From: Chromatiales bacterium
GTDB lineage: Bacteria; Pseudomonadota; Gammaproteobacteria; SZUA-152
Reading direction: 5' to 3'
Assembly (NCBI GenBank): GCA_026999335.1
Contig: JALTPW010000949.1
Span: 1 to 44,631 of the forward strand
DNA: 44,631 bases
The notes beneath the pieces are model-generated. The model worked only from the letters and a program-made list of their open reading frames with translations. It did no database searches and had not been told where the DNA came from. Shown in pieces: positions 21,780-31,035 of the stretch. The translations under genes were made by a program, and so were the position numbers. Every line of letters begins with the position of its first letter. Within the stretch, counting starts at the first letter, position 1.

Positions 21780-22126
21780 TGCCGGTCAGGCCGCCAACAA
21801 TTTGCCCGAGATGCGGGGTAACAGTACCTAATAGGGGTTACTGCGAGAAACACAGGAAAGAAAGATCGCGAAAAATTGACGAGGCCAGACCAAGCGCAGC
21901 GAAGCGAGGGTATGATCACGCATGGCGCAAGATCAGGGCGTCAGTATTGAGCAGGCATCCTTTATGCCTTTTCTGCGAGGAAGAAGGAAAGACCACCGCG
22001 GCCACTGAGGTGGACCACATAGATGGAAACAGCAGGAACAATAACCCCAACAACCTGAGACCCTTATGTAAGTCATGCCACAGTCGCAGGACAATCAGAG
22101 ACCAAGGCATGCTTAAGAAAAAATAA
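21779..22126 (+). CDS. HNH endonuclease
   Basis: CLFCEEEGK...EVDHIDGNSRNNNPNNLRPLCKSCHSRRT; located next to the terminase genes. Confidence 0.85.
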   Translation: MPVRPPTICPRCGVTVPNRGYCEKHRKERSRKIDEARPSAAKRGYDHAWRKIRASVLSRHPLCLFCEEEGKTTAATEVDHIDGNSRNNNPNNLRPLCKSCHSRRTIRDQGMLKKK

Positions 22127-22219
22127 TGCAGGGGAAGGGGGGGTCAAATCTCTGACGCTTTGGCGTTATAGACCGACCGACCCCATAAATTTTCACGCCG
22201 ACAGTTAGGTTTTTAAGCA

Positions 22220-22603
22220 ATGGCTAATAAACGACTCCCCGATAACGTGCACAAGCTCCGAGGAACGCTAAGAAAAGACCGCCACGGAGACCCATCAAAC
22301 AAGCCAAAGCTGAAAAACCAGATACCCAGGATGCCAACATGGCTGAATGCGAACGGCAAGGCAGAGTGGAAGCGCATCACGAAAGAAATGGAGAAGATGG
22401 GGATCATCACGAACGCGGATCGCACCGTCCTCGCCCAGTATTGCCAGCTCTATAGCGAGCTTGTCGCAGATCGCGAGGAGTTCACGGCAGCCAAGCATAC
22501 TCAACTGAGATATTGCCAGATCGAGCTTGGCCTGACGCCGAGCGCACGAAGCAAAATCACACTGCCTGGCGGCGATGAGGGAAACCCATTCGATGACCTA
22601 TGA
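22220..22603 (+). CDS. terminase small subunit (P27-like)
   Basis: 127 aa; AEWKRITKEMEKMGIITNADRTVLAQYCQLYSEL; overlaps the large subunit start. Confidence 0.7.
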   Translation: MANKRLPDNVHKLRGTLRKDRHGDPSNKPKLKNQIPRMPTWLNANGKAEWKRITKEMEKMGIITNADRTVLAQYCQLYSELVADREEFTAAKHTQLRYCQIELGLTPSARSKITLPGGDEGNPFDDL

Positions 22604-24258
22604 CATTTACCGAGCGGGCCAAGAAATACGCGCGGGAGATCAAGTCTGGAAAAATCCAGGCCTGCAAATACGTCAAACAGGCGTGTGACCGATTCCTCCG
22701 TGACATCAAACGCAAGGACATCTTTCTTGATAAGGACGAGGCGGAACGGTGGTGCCGCTTCCTGGAAAAGCTCCCACACGTTAAGGGACAGTGGGCCGCA
22801 AGAGGCGAAACGTTCGTTTTAAGCGACTGGCAGATATTTTGCACCGTTAACATCTTCGGCTGGAAAAAAAAGAAGACGGGCCTCCGACGCTTTCGTGAGG
22901 TCTATATCGAGGTTCCGAGGAAGAACGGCAAATCGTTCTGGGTTGCCGCAATAGGCGTTGGGATGCTCACAATAGACGGCGAGTATGGCGCGGAAGTCTA
23001 TTGCGGTGCGACGACAGAAAAGCAGGCCTGGGAGATATTCCGGCCGGCTAAGCAGATCTGTGAGCGAACGCCAGCACTCAGGGAGAAATTCGGCCTTGAA
23101 GTCAACGCCAAGACGCTGAACATCCTCTCGAATGGGTCGAGGTTTGAACCTGTGATCGGTAACCCCGGGGACGGCGCGAGCCCTTCATGTGGTATTGCTG
23201 ATGAGTACCACGAGCACAAAACCTCAGATCTCGTCGATACCTTTATTACCGGGATGGGAGCCAGGCAGCAGCCGATACAGATCAACATCACGACAGCCGG
23301 ATCGGACACAGGCGGCCCGTGTTACGAAAAGCGAGATGATTTGATCAAGATACTGTCCGGCTCAGTAGATGATGACGCGATTTTCGGGATAATTTACACC
23401 CTTGACGAAGAGGACCAATGGGACACGATTGACGCCTTAAAAAAGGCCAATCCGAATTTCGGTATAAGCGTGGACGAGGCATTTCTTGAGGGTCAGCTAG
23501 CACAGGCAAAACGCTCAGCGCAGAAACAAACGGCGTTCAAGACCAAGCATCTCAATATGTGGGTGGGCGCGAAGGCGGCATGGATGAACATGCTTGCCTA
23601 TCAATCCTGTCGGAAGAAGAATCTTGATCTTGAAAAGCACAAAGGCCGACCGTGCTATATCGGTATTGATCTGGCGTCGAAATCAGACATAGCTTCTATG
23701 GCAATTCTGTTCCCTCCAGAGGGAAACGGGAAATACGCGGCATTCGTCAGGCATTACCTCCCTGAGGATACGATCCTTGAAGGCGGGAATACCAGATATA
23801 AAGCATGGCACCAGGCCGGTCATTTTGAGGCAACACCAGGAAACATTATCGACTTTAGCTACATCGAGGACGATCTTGCAGAGTTGAAAAGCGACTTTCA
23901 GATCGAAGAGATCGCCTATGACCCGTTCCAGGCAACTCAATTTTCAGTGAGAATGCAGGAAGCCGGGTTTCCAATGGTTGAGGTTGGCGCGACGGTCAAG
24001 AACTTCTCGGAGCCGATGAAAGAGCTTGAGGCTCTGATCTTGAGCAAAAAAATTCAATTCACAGATTGCCCGATCCTCATGTGGATGTTTGGCAATGTAG
24101 TTGCAAGACTTGACAAGAAAGACAACATATTCCCGGACAAGGAAAAGGCAGAAAACAAAATCGACGGCGTTGTTGCGCTGATCATGGCGTTCAACCGGCA
24201 TATAGTCGCCACAAGCCGGCCGCGAGGTTACAAGGATCGGGATCTACTAGTGATATGA
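22600..24258 (+). CDS. terminase large subunit
   Basis: 552 aa; position and size; ATPase-like VPRKNGKS and nuclease-half motifs; follows the small subunit. Confidence 0.85.
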   Translation: MTFTERAKKYAREIKSGKIQACKYVKQACDRFLRDIKRKDIFLDKDEAERWCRFLEKLPHVKGQWAARGETFVLSDWQIFCTVNIFGWKKKKTGLRRFREVYIEVPRKNGKSFWVAAIGVGMLTIDGEYGAEVYCGATTEKQAWEIFRPAKQICERTPALREKFGLEVNAKTLNILSNGSRFEPVIGNPGDGASPSCGIADEYHEHKTSDLVDTFITGMGARQQPIQINITTAGSDTGGPCYEKRDDLIKILSGSVDDDAIFGIIYTLDEEDQWDTIDALKKANPNFGISVDEAFLEGQLAQAKRSAQKQTAFKTKHLNMWVGAKAAWMNMLAYQSCRKKNLDLEKHKGRPCYIGIDLASKSDIASMAILFPPEGNGKYAAFVRHYLPEDTILEGGNTRYKAWHQAGHFEATPGNIIDFSYIEDDLAELKSDFQIEEIAYDPFQATQFSVRMQEAGFPMVEVGATVKNFSEPMKELEALILSKKIQFTDCPILMWMFGNVVARLDKKDNIFPDKEKAENKIDGVVALIMAFNRHIVATSRPRGYKDRDLLVI

Positions 24259-24398
24259 AACAGAAAATACTGGATCTTGTTGGGCTAATCGGCCTCGCCT
24301 CTGTGGGTTATGGGTTGTGGGAGATCAGCCCTGCTGTATCAAAAATCGTGATCGGAGGGTTCTTCGTCGTGTTTGCCTATATTGGGTCTCGCAAGTGA
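24255..24398 (+). CDS. small two-TM membrane protein (47 aa, below ORF-track cutoff)
   Basis: ATGA overlap with terminase stop and GTGA overlap with portal start; MKQKILDLVGLIGLASVGYGLWEISPAVSKIVIGGFFVVFAYIGSRK. Confidence 0.5.
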   Translation: MKQKILDLVGLIGLASVGYGLWEISPAVSKIVIGGFFVVFAYIGSRK

Positions 24399-25897
24399 TA
24401 TTTGACATTCTTGCACGATCAATCGAGAACCCGAGCACATCGTTATCTGACCCCGCGCAGTGGCTGATTGATGCGTGGGGTGGCGGATCAACAAAAGCGG
24501 GGCAATCCGTCACGACAGAGACGGCGCTGAAATATACGGCGGTCTGGGGTTGTGTGCGGATCATCTCAGAAAGCCTGGCCGTGCTTCCACTCAACCTGTA
24601 TCGGGTAGATGGAAAAAAACGGGAGATTGCGCGAGATCACATCGCGCATCAGCTTGTGCATGATTCCCCAAATGACGAGATGACGTCGTTTGTATTCAGG
24701 GAGATGATGCAGGCCCATTTGTTGACAAGTGGCAACGCCTATGCGCCTATCGTTCGAGATAGCGCGAATCGACCGAGGAAGCTGCTCCCGATTTCGCCGT
24801 CAGAGATCGAGCCTGTCAGGAAGCGCGGCAGGCTTGCATACAAGATCAAAGGCCGCGACAGGTTGAGGGATGCCGCGAATGTGCTCCATATCCCCGGCCT
24901 TGGATTTGACGGCATAAAGGGGTTTTCTCCCATTGCCATGCACAGGGAGGCGATAGGTCTTGGGTTGGCGGCGCAGGAGTTTGGTGCGACATTCTTCGGC
25001 AACGGGGCCACACTTTCAGGCGTTCTTGAGGTGCCTGGCGATCTTGGGGATAACGGTGCAACCCGGCTCAGGGATCAATGGAACAAAGCACACTCTGGAA
25101 CAGGGAATGCGCATAAAACCGCTGTTCTTGAATTCGGGACGAAATATCAGTCCATCGGCGTTCCTCCAGAGGATGCGCAATTTCTGGAAACAAGGAAATT
25201 TCAGATCACGGACATTGCGCGGATCTATCGTGTTCCGCCTCATATGCTGGCTGATCTAGAAAGGGCGACTTTTTCTAACATCACGGAGCAGGATTTAGCC
25301 TTCGTAAAGCACACGATGATCCCGTGGTTGGTTAGATGGGAACAAGAGCTAAACAGGAAGCTATTGAGCCAGGAAGAACGAGAGACCATGTTCTTCAAGT
25401 TCAACGTTGCGGGACTTCTTCGTGGAGACATAAAGAGCCGGTATGAGTCCTATCAAATCGGACGCCAGCAGGGGTTCTTGTCCGTAAATGACATCCGAGA
25501 GCTTGAAGACATGAACCCAATAAACGGCGGGGACGTGTATCTTGAGCCACTAAACATGGTGCCGGCCGGATCTCAAGATAGATCAGAAGATCGCTCAAAA
25601 GAGGCGGAGATCGCAAGGAAGGAGGCAACAGCGCTTCGCAAGAATATGGCGAAGTATGAAGGCAAGCCCGCAGACTTCATGAAGTGGGCGGAAACATTCT
25701 TCCGGGATCACGTTTCCCACGTCGCCAAAAAGCTGGGCACTGATCCCATGACCGCAGCGAAATACTGCGAGTCAGGGCTTGAGGCGATCAAACAGATAAA
25801 GCGTGAAGACTTTTACTCAATGAACCTCAGCGTGTTTGATGGCTGGGAAGAGACTCGCAGCGAAGAGCTAAAGCAGGTAAATCATGATGGAAATTGA
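24395..25897 (+). CDS. portal protein (HK97 family)
   Basis: ORF 24317..25897; start moved to GTG 24395; size and position between terminase and protease. Confidence 0.85.
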   Translation: MIFDILARSIENPSTSLSDPAQWLIDAWGGGSTKAGQSVTTETALKYTAVWGCVRIISESLAVLPLNLYRVDGKKREIARDHIAHQLVHDSPNDEMTSFVFREMMQAHLLTSGNAYAPIVRDSANRPRKLLPISPSEIEPVRKRGRLAYKIKGRDRLRDAANVLHIPGLGFDGIKGFSPIAMHREAIGLGLAAQEFGATFFGNGATLSGVLEVPGDLGDNGATRLRDQWNKAHSGTGNAHKTAVLEFGTKYQSIGVPPEDAQFLETRKFQITDIARIYRVPPHMLADLERATFSNITEQDLAFVKHTMIPWLVRWEQELNRKLLSQEERETMFFKFNVAGLLRGDIKSRYESYQIGRQQGFLSVNDIRELEDMNPINGGDVYLEPLNMVPAGSQDRSEDRSKEAEIARKEATALRKNMAKYEGKPADFMKWAETFFRDHVSHVAKKLGTDPMTAAKYCESGLEAIKQIKREDFYSMNLSVFDGWEETRSEELKQVNHDGN

Positions 25898-26477
25898 ACG
25901 CAGATATACGCCCGGAAAGGTGAGCATTGAAAAACGAGAGGATCACGATCCCGTGATCCGAGGCTATGCCGCCGTATTCGACACACTATCTGAAAACCTG
26001 GGCGGATTCAGAGAAAAAATCGATCCCGGCGCGTTTTCTGATGTTCTGGATGATGATGTAAGGGGTCTGTTTAACCATGACTCAAATCTAATCATCGGCC
26101 GGACGAAGGCCGGGACGCTGAAGATCGCGCAGGACTCAAAAGGGCTTATTTACGAAGCCGAGCCGCCAGACACACAGATCGGCAGGGATCTGGTGGTCTC
26201 TATCGAGAGGGGAGATGTTGATCAATCATCGTTTGCGTTCACGGTTGATCAGGACAAATTTGAAGAGGATGATGACGGCCGGATTATACGGACGATCATC
26301 AAGGTCAAGCGCCTCTATGATGTCTCTCCAGTGACATATCCAGCATACCCTGACGCATCGGTTGGGCTTCGTGGGCTAGAGCAGTTCCTGAAAAACAAGA
26401 ATCCGGATCGTGGGAATGTGTACGCAGAGCGACTAGCGCTTTGCAGGATGAGATTGAAAGAATTAGGTGCCTCGTAG
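25884..26477 (+). CDS. prohead maturation protease (HK97 family)
   Basis: 197 aa; IRGYAAVFD...GGFREKIDPGAF...LFNHD...IGRT pattern. Confidence 0.85.
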   Translation: MMEIERRYTPGKVSIEKREDHDPVIRGYAAVFDTLSENLGGFREKIDPGAFSDVLDDDVRGLFNHDSNLIIGRTKAGTLKIAQDSKGLIYEAEPPDTQIGRDLVVSIERGDVDQSSFAFTVDQDKFEEDDDGRIIRTIIKVKRLYDVSPVTYPAYPDASVGLRGLEQFLKNKNPDRGNVYAERLALCRMRLKELGAS

Positions 26478-26555
26478 GAAACGAGCGAGGTGGTGGGGTA
26501 GCCAGTTCCGTTGAACCTACACCCCAATACTTAACTGCAGAACGAGGGCAAAAAA

Positions 26556-27785
26556 ATGACTATCGAATTGAAGCGGCTCATCGAGGAGCGTGCGCGCGTG
26601 GTTACTGCGATGCACGATCTCGTTACAAAGGCCGAAAGCGAAGAGCGCGGTCTCTCGGCCGAGGAGCGCGAGAGCTGGAACAAGATGAATGAATCCATCG
26701 AGTCCTATGATGACCGTATCGAGCGGGCCAAGAAGGCCGAAGACCTGTTCCACCAGCTTGATGAGGTCAATGACGATCTTCTGGACACCGAAGATCGCGG
26801 CGATCAGCGGGACGAAGGTGAGGTACGATCCGAGGCATTTAGCGCACTGCTTCGCAGCGTCGAATCAGGTCTATCTGGTCTGAGCGATGAACATCGGCAG
26901 GTTGTCGCCCAAATGCAGCGCGAAGCTCGCGCCCAGAGCGTTGGCACGACTACCGCCGGCGGATTCCTGGTGCCGGAAAACTTCGCCAATCGCATTATCG
27001 ACGGCATGGCCGTATATGGCGGTATCCGAGATGCCGCGACCGTGATCACCACGTCCGATGGCGGCGATATGCCGTTCCAGACGAATGACGATACGGGCAA
27101 CTCCGGCGCATTACTGGCGGAAAATACGCAGGATTCCGAGCAGGATCTGACCTTCGGTGAGATCACTCTTGGGGCGTACAAGTATACCTCCAAGATCATC
27201 CGCGTGTCGGTCGAGCTGATGCAGGACTCGGCGTTTGATTTGGATGCCTATATCGCAGGCAAGTTCGCAGAACGTCTGGGCCGGATCACGTCAAGTCATT
27301 ATGCGACGGGCACCGGCTCGAGTCAGCCCAACGGCCTGGTGACGGCTTCGACGCTCGGCAAGACGGCGGCGGCTGTGGCGGCGATCACCTATAACGAGAT
27401 GCTGGATCTCAAGCATTCCGTTGATCCCGCGTATCGCCAGGGCGCACGGTGGGCGTTCCATGATTCGACCCTGAAGGCGTTGAAACAGCTTCAGGACTCG
27501 AATGGCCTGCCGCTGTGGTCGCCGAATGTCTCCACTGACGCGCCGGCAATGCTCGATGGTGATCCGTATGTGATCGATAACGGCATTCCGCAGCTCGCAA
27601 CCGGCAACAAGACCGTTATCTATGGCGATCTTACCAAGTACCATATCCGCGATGTTCGTGGGATCACGATGGTGCGGCTGGTCGAACGGTATGCGGACTA
27701 TCACCAGGTCGGCTTTATCGCGTTCATGCGCACAGACGCCGATCTGCTGGATACTGCCGCTGTCAAGCATCTGATCCAGGCGTAA
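26556..27785 (+). CDS. major capsid protein (HK97 fold) with N-terminal coiled-coil delta domain
   Basis: 409 aa; charged helical N-terminus then TTAGGFLVPE core; follows the protease. Confidence 0.9.
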   Translation: MTIELKRLIEERARVVTAMHDLVTKAESEERGLSAEERESWNKMNESIESYDDRIERAKKAEDLFHQLDEVNDDLLDTEDRGDQRDEGEVRSEAFSALLRSVESGLSGLSDEHRQVVAQMQREARAQSVGTTTAGGFLVPENFANRIIDGMAVYGGIRDAATVITTSDGGDMPFQTNDDTGNSGALLAENTQDSEQDLTFGEITLGAYKYTSKIIRVSVELMQDSAFDLDAYIAGKFAERLGRITSSHYATGTGSSQPNGLVTASTLGKTAAAVAAITYNEMLDLKHSVDPAYRQGARWAFHDSTLKALKQLQDSNGLPLWSPNVSTDAPAMLDGDPYVIDNGIPQLATGNKTVIYGDLTKYHIRDVRGITMVRLVERYADYHQVGFIAFMRTDADLLDTAAVKHLIQA

Positions 27786-27790
27786 AACCG

Positions 27791-27831
27791 AGGGCGCTTA
27801 GCGCCCATTCACGAGGGGGCTTCGGCCCCCT
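27791..27831 (+). terminator. two GC-rich hairpins after the capsid gene (no T-run)
   Basis: GGGCGC-tta-GCGCCC (27791-27805) and GAGGGGGC-ttcg-GCCCCCTC (27812-27831). Confidence 0.4.
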
Positions 27832-27848
27832 CCATTCTGGAGGGCATT

Positions 27849-28232
27849 ATGCCGAGCAAAGATTTAGCAAATGTCGTGAGCGTGGCACAATCGATCAGGC
27901 CCGCAGCGATCACGGCAACAACGAATGGCGTCGCCGTCAATATGCTGGGATATGAGTCCGCGGTTGTTGTTGTCTCACCGGGGACTATTACCGATGGGAC
28001 GCACACCCCGAAAGTCCAGTATTCGGATGATGGATCGACGGGATGGACGGATGTTCCTGCGGCAAGCCTTCAGGGATCATTCGCCGCGATGGCATCGAAC
28101 ACGGTTCAGGAGGTCGGCGTTGTCGGCGCATATAACTATCTCCGCGCTGTTTCGACTGTCTCGGGCGCTACCACTGGCGGCGTCTACGAGATCAGCATTG
28201 TGCGCGGCCACCCTGATACGGCACCGGTATGA
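27849..28232 (+). CDS. hypothetical head-associated protein (possible decoration or accessory protein)
   Basis: 127 aa; position directly after the capsid gene. Confidence 0.55.
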   Translation: MPSKDLANVVSVAQSIRPAAITATTNGVAVNMLGYESAVVVVSPGTITDGTHTPKVQYSDDGSTGWTDVPAASLQGSFAAMASNTVQEVGVVGAYNYLRAVSTVSGATTGGVYEISIVRGHPDTAPV

Positions 28233-28387
28233 AGATCCGAATGAAAGTCGGAATCGCCGGTGTGTCGTGGTCCGCGAAGCCTGGTGATGTCATCGACGTC
28301 GAACCCAAGGAAGCAAAGCGCCTCTGCGAATCAGGCATGGCAGAGCCTGTTGCTGAGAAGCGGAGCGCAAAAGCTGAGAAACGGTAA
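28229..28387 (+). CDS. hypothetical small protein (52 aa, below ORF-track cutoff)
   Basis: ATGA overlap upstream and TAATG overlap downstream; MKIRMKVGIAGVSWSAKPGDVIDVEPKEAKRLCESGMAEPV... Confidence 0.5.
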   Translation: MKIRMKVGIAGVSWSAKPGDVIDVEPKEAKRLCESGMAEPVAEKRSAKAEKR

Positions 28388-28956
28388 TGCCGTCCGTCCT
28401 CGACACACCAGCGACATCAACGCCTATCGATCTGGATGCAGCGAAAGAGCACCTGAATCTGGACACAACTGATGACGATGCCTATGTGCTGTCCCTGATT
28501 GGAGCTGCGACGAAGCACATTGAAACTATCACGAATCGCGCGTTGATCAATCAGACATGGAGCCAGTACCTGGACGCATTCGAGGACGAGATCGAGCTTT
28601 CAAGGTCGCCGCTATCATCCGTTGTCTCGATAACATACACAGACACAGACGGTGCAACGCAAACAGCCGCGACGTCGTTATATGATGTTGACGCTATATC
28701 AACGCCCGGCCGGGTTCTACTGGCCTATGGTCAATCATGGCCGGATACGCGATCTATCAGGAATGCTGTTCGTATCCAGTATGTAGCCGGGTATGGCGAT
28801 GCTGGCGATGTGCCGCAGCCTATCAAGCAGGCGATGAAGATTTTGATCGGTCACTGGTATGAGCACCGCGAACCCGTAATTGCCGGGACGATTGTCTCAA
28901 ATGTGCCAATATCAGTGGATTCACTCCTGATGCCTTATCGCGTGGTGTTCATGTGA
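28387..28956 (+). CDS. head-tail connector (gp6-like) protein
   Basis: DLDAAKEHLNLDTTDDDAYVLSLIGAATKHIETITNRALINQTW pattern. Confidence 0.75.
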   Translation: MPSVLDTPATSTPIDLDAAKEHLNLDTTDDDAYVLSLIGAATKHIETITNRALINQTWSQYLDAFEDEIELSRSPLSSVVSITYTDTDGATQTAATSLYDVDAISTPGRVLLAYGQSWPDTRSIRNAVRIQYVAGYGDAGDVPQPIKQAMKILIGHWYEHREPVIAGTIVSNVPISVDSLLMPYRVVFM

Positions 28957-29276
28957 GAGCTGGGCTTCTTCGCCACAAAGTAACGATTCAGTCCAATACG
29001 CCGACCGTAGATAGCAAGGGCGGAGTGAGTGAGTCGTGGTCAACGTATGCGACGCGCAGATGCTCTATAAAGGTCGTCTCTGCTGCAGAGACAAATGACC
29101 AGAACAAGGAATTTGCGTCTATCGTTTACAAATTCACGTTTCGGCAGGACTCGAAAACTGAGAATATCATTCCAGCGATGCGTATAAGCTATGGCTCAAG
29201 AACGTTTGATATTGAAACGGCGCCCGCTGTCGCGGGATACAGGATGGTGGTGGTAACGGCCAGAGAGCTTGTATGA
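28953..29276 (+). CDS. head closure / head-tail adaptor protein
   Basis: 107 aa; GTG start overlapping upstream stop; LRHKVTIQ opening typical of this family. Confidence 0.7.
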   Translation: MRAGLLRHKVTIQSNTPTVDSKGGVSESWSTYATRRCSIKVVSAAETNDQNKEFASIVYKFTFRQDSKTENIIPAMRISYGSRTFDIETAPAVAGYRMVVVTARELV

Positions 29277-29752
29277 CGCCAGATATTAAACTCAAAGGGG
29301 GAAAGGAATTGGCAGCAACCCTCAAACTTCTTGATCTCAAGACAGAGCGCAAGTTCGGAATGCAGGCGCTTAGAGCAGGGGCGAGAGTCATCATCAAGGA
29401 CGCGAGAAAGCGGGTTCCCGTAAAGACTGGATTACTTCGCCGCAGGGGGTTTATCACTAAGGCGGCAAAGGGCAGGAGGAATGAGATTGTCTTGATGCTC
29501 GGGACTCGAGGCGGGAAAAATGCGCCGTGGTACGCCCACTTGATCGAATTCGGCACGAAGCCTCGAACGATCAAGGCCCGCAAGGCCATTCTCGTGAACC
29601 CGGAGAGCGGGCAGGTCTTCGGGAAAACTGTTGAACATCCCGGAACCAGAGCAAGGCCGTTTTTCCGTCCGGCGCTAGATGAGAATAAAACCGAAGTTCT
29701 TGAGGCGATTAGGAAAAAACTGTCAGATTTTCTGGAGAAAGAAGGGCTGTGA
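29273..29752 (+). CDS. HK97 gp10-family tail-component protein
   Basis: 159 aa; KRVPVKTGLLRR motif; position. Confidence 0.7.
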   Translation: MTPDIKLKGGKELAATLKLLDLKTERKFGMQALRAGARVIIKDARKRVPVKTGLLRRRGFITKAAKGRRNEIVLMLGTRGGKNAPWYAHLIEFGTKPRTIKARKAILVNPESGQVFGKTVEHPGTRARPFFRPALDENKTEVLEAIRKKLSDFLEKEGL

Positions 29753-30138
29753 GCATCGAAGACGCCATTGTTGCAAGGATGACCGGGTATGCCGGACTTG
29801 CGGCGCTTGTGTCGAGTCGGATCTATGCTGTTCAGGCACCACAAAATCCGACGCTTCCTTACATAGTATTCGAGCGAGTCAGCTCATCAAAGATTAGCCT
29901 GATGTCGGCGGATACAGACGTATCAGAGGCGCGATTTCAGTTTACATGCTACGGGTCAACGTACACTTCCGCGAGGAATGTTGTTGAGCAAGTAAGACAA
30001 TGCTGGCAGAGATATTCCGGTACTGTTTCCAGCGTCGTTATCCTTGATACGGAGATTGAAACCGATCAGGACGAGTTCGATCCAGACACGAAGGAATACT
30101 ATTCGATCATGGACATTATGATCACGCATCGGGAGTAA
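29749..30138 (+). CDS. tail completion protein (DUF3168-like)
   Basis: 129 aa; AGLAALVSSRIYAVQAPQNPTLPYIVFERVSS pattern; GTGA overlap. Confidence 0.65.
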   Translation: MSIEDAIVARMTGYAGLAALVSSRIYAVQAPQNPTLPYIVFERVSSSKISLMSADTDVSEARFQFTCYGSTYTSARNVVEQVRQCWQRYSGTVSSVVILDTEIETDQDEFDPDTKEYYSIMDIMITHRE

Positions 30139-30141
30139 GGC

Positions 30142-30288
30142 ATGGGAAAATCAACTGTTACGATGTGGCATCCGAAAGCGAGCGAACCCATCGAGGTTCC
30201 TGTAGGAAATGTCGAGAACGCGAGAGCGAATGGCTGGTCTGAGGAAAAACCAAAGACCAAAAAACCTGAACCGAAGAATGGAGAGTAA
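30142..30288 (+). CDS. hypothetical small protein (48 aa, below ORF-track cutoff)
   Basis: fills the gap between two tail genes on the same strand; MGKSTVTMWHPKASEPIEVPVGNVENARANGWSEEKPKTKKPEPKNGE. Confidence 0.45.
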   Translation: MGKSTVTMWHPKASEPIEVPVGNVENARANGWSEEKPKTKKPEPKNGE

Positions 30289-30291
30289 GAC

Positions 30292-30681
30292 ATGGCAAAC
30301 CATAAAGGCAGCGAGGGCACTGTTGCAATCGGCGCTAATACTATCGCGGAGATCAGATCGTGGTCGATCAGCGAGTCTGGAACGACCATTGACGATTCCG
30401 AGCTTGCCGATACCTGGGATACAAAACTACCAGGCCCGCAAAGCTGGTCAGGCTCGATTGAATGTTATTGGGACGAGACCGACACAACTGGTCAGGGCGC
30501 AATGACGACAGGCGCTATTGTCACGCTGAATCTCTATCCAGAGGGGAATGTGACAGGCGACACATACTACACCGGCAGCGCAATTATCACCGGCATTGAG
30601 CGAAGTGGTGCGCGGGACGGTATGGTGGAGGCCAGCTACTCGTTTGAGGGCAGCGGCGCTCTTACTCAGTCCACGGTGTAA
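30292..30681 (+). CDS. major tail protein
   Basis: 129 aa; position before chaperone and tape measure; WSISESGTTIDDSELADTW pattern. Confidence 0.7.
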   Translation: MANHKGSEGTVAIGANTIAEIRSWSISESGTTIDDSELADTWDTKLPGPQSWSGSIECYWDETDTTGQGAMTTGAIVTLNLYPEGNVTGDTYYTGSAIITGIERSGARDGMVEASYSFEGSGALTQSTV

Positions 30682-30684
30682 TCC

Positions 30685-31035
30685 ATGTCAGATATACTGG
30701 AACATGCAAAGGCGCATTTCAAGACGCGCCGTGAAACTGATATGGATTATATCGACGTGCCGGAATGGGGAGAAGGAGACAAGCCACTCCGCATTTTCTG
30801 GCGGCCGATGAATCTTGCCGAAAACAATCAAATCTTCAAGTATGCGAAGAACGGCGATCTCGAAGCGATGGCGCAGACCTTGATCGTCAGGGCGCTTGAC
30901 GAAGATGGCAATCGCCTGTTCCGCCCAGTTCATAAGACTGAACTTATGAAGCACGTCGACGCGAAAATCATTGAGCGCATTGTGCTTGCTATGGGCGGCG
31001 ATGATGATGACGTCGAGGAAGCCGAAAAAAACTAG
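30685..31035 (+). CDS. tail assembly chaperone (G-like)
   Basis: 116 aa, acidic C-terminus; immediately upstream of the tape measure; ends at a slippery heptamer. Confidence 0.75.
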   Translation: MSDILEHAKAHFKTRRETDMDYIDVPEWGEGDKPLRIFWRPMNLAENNQIFKYAKNGDLEAMAQTLIVRALDEDGNRLFRPVHKTELMKHVDAKIIERIVLAMGGDDDDVEEAEKN

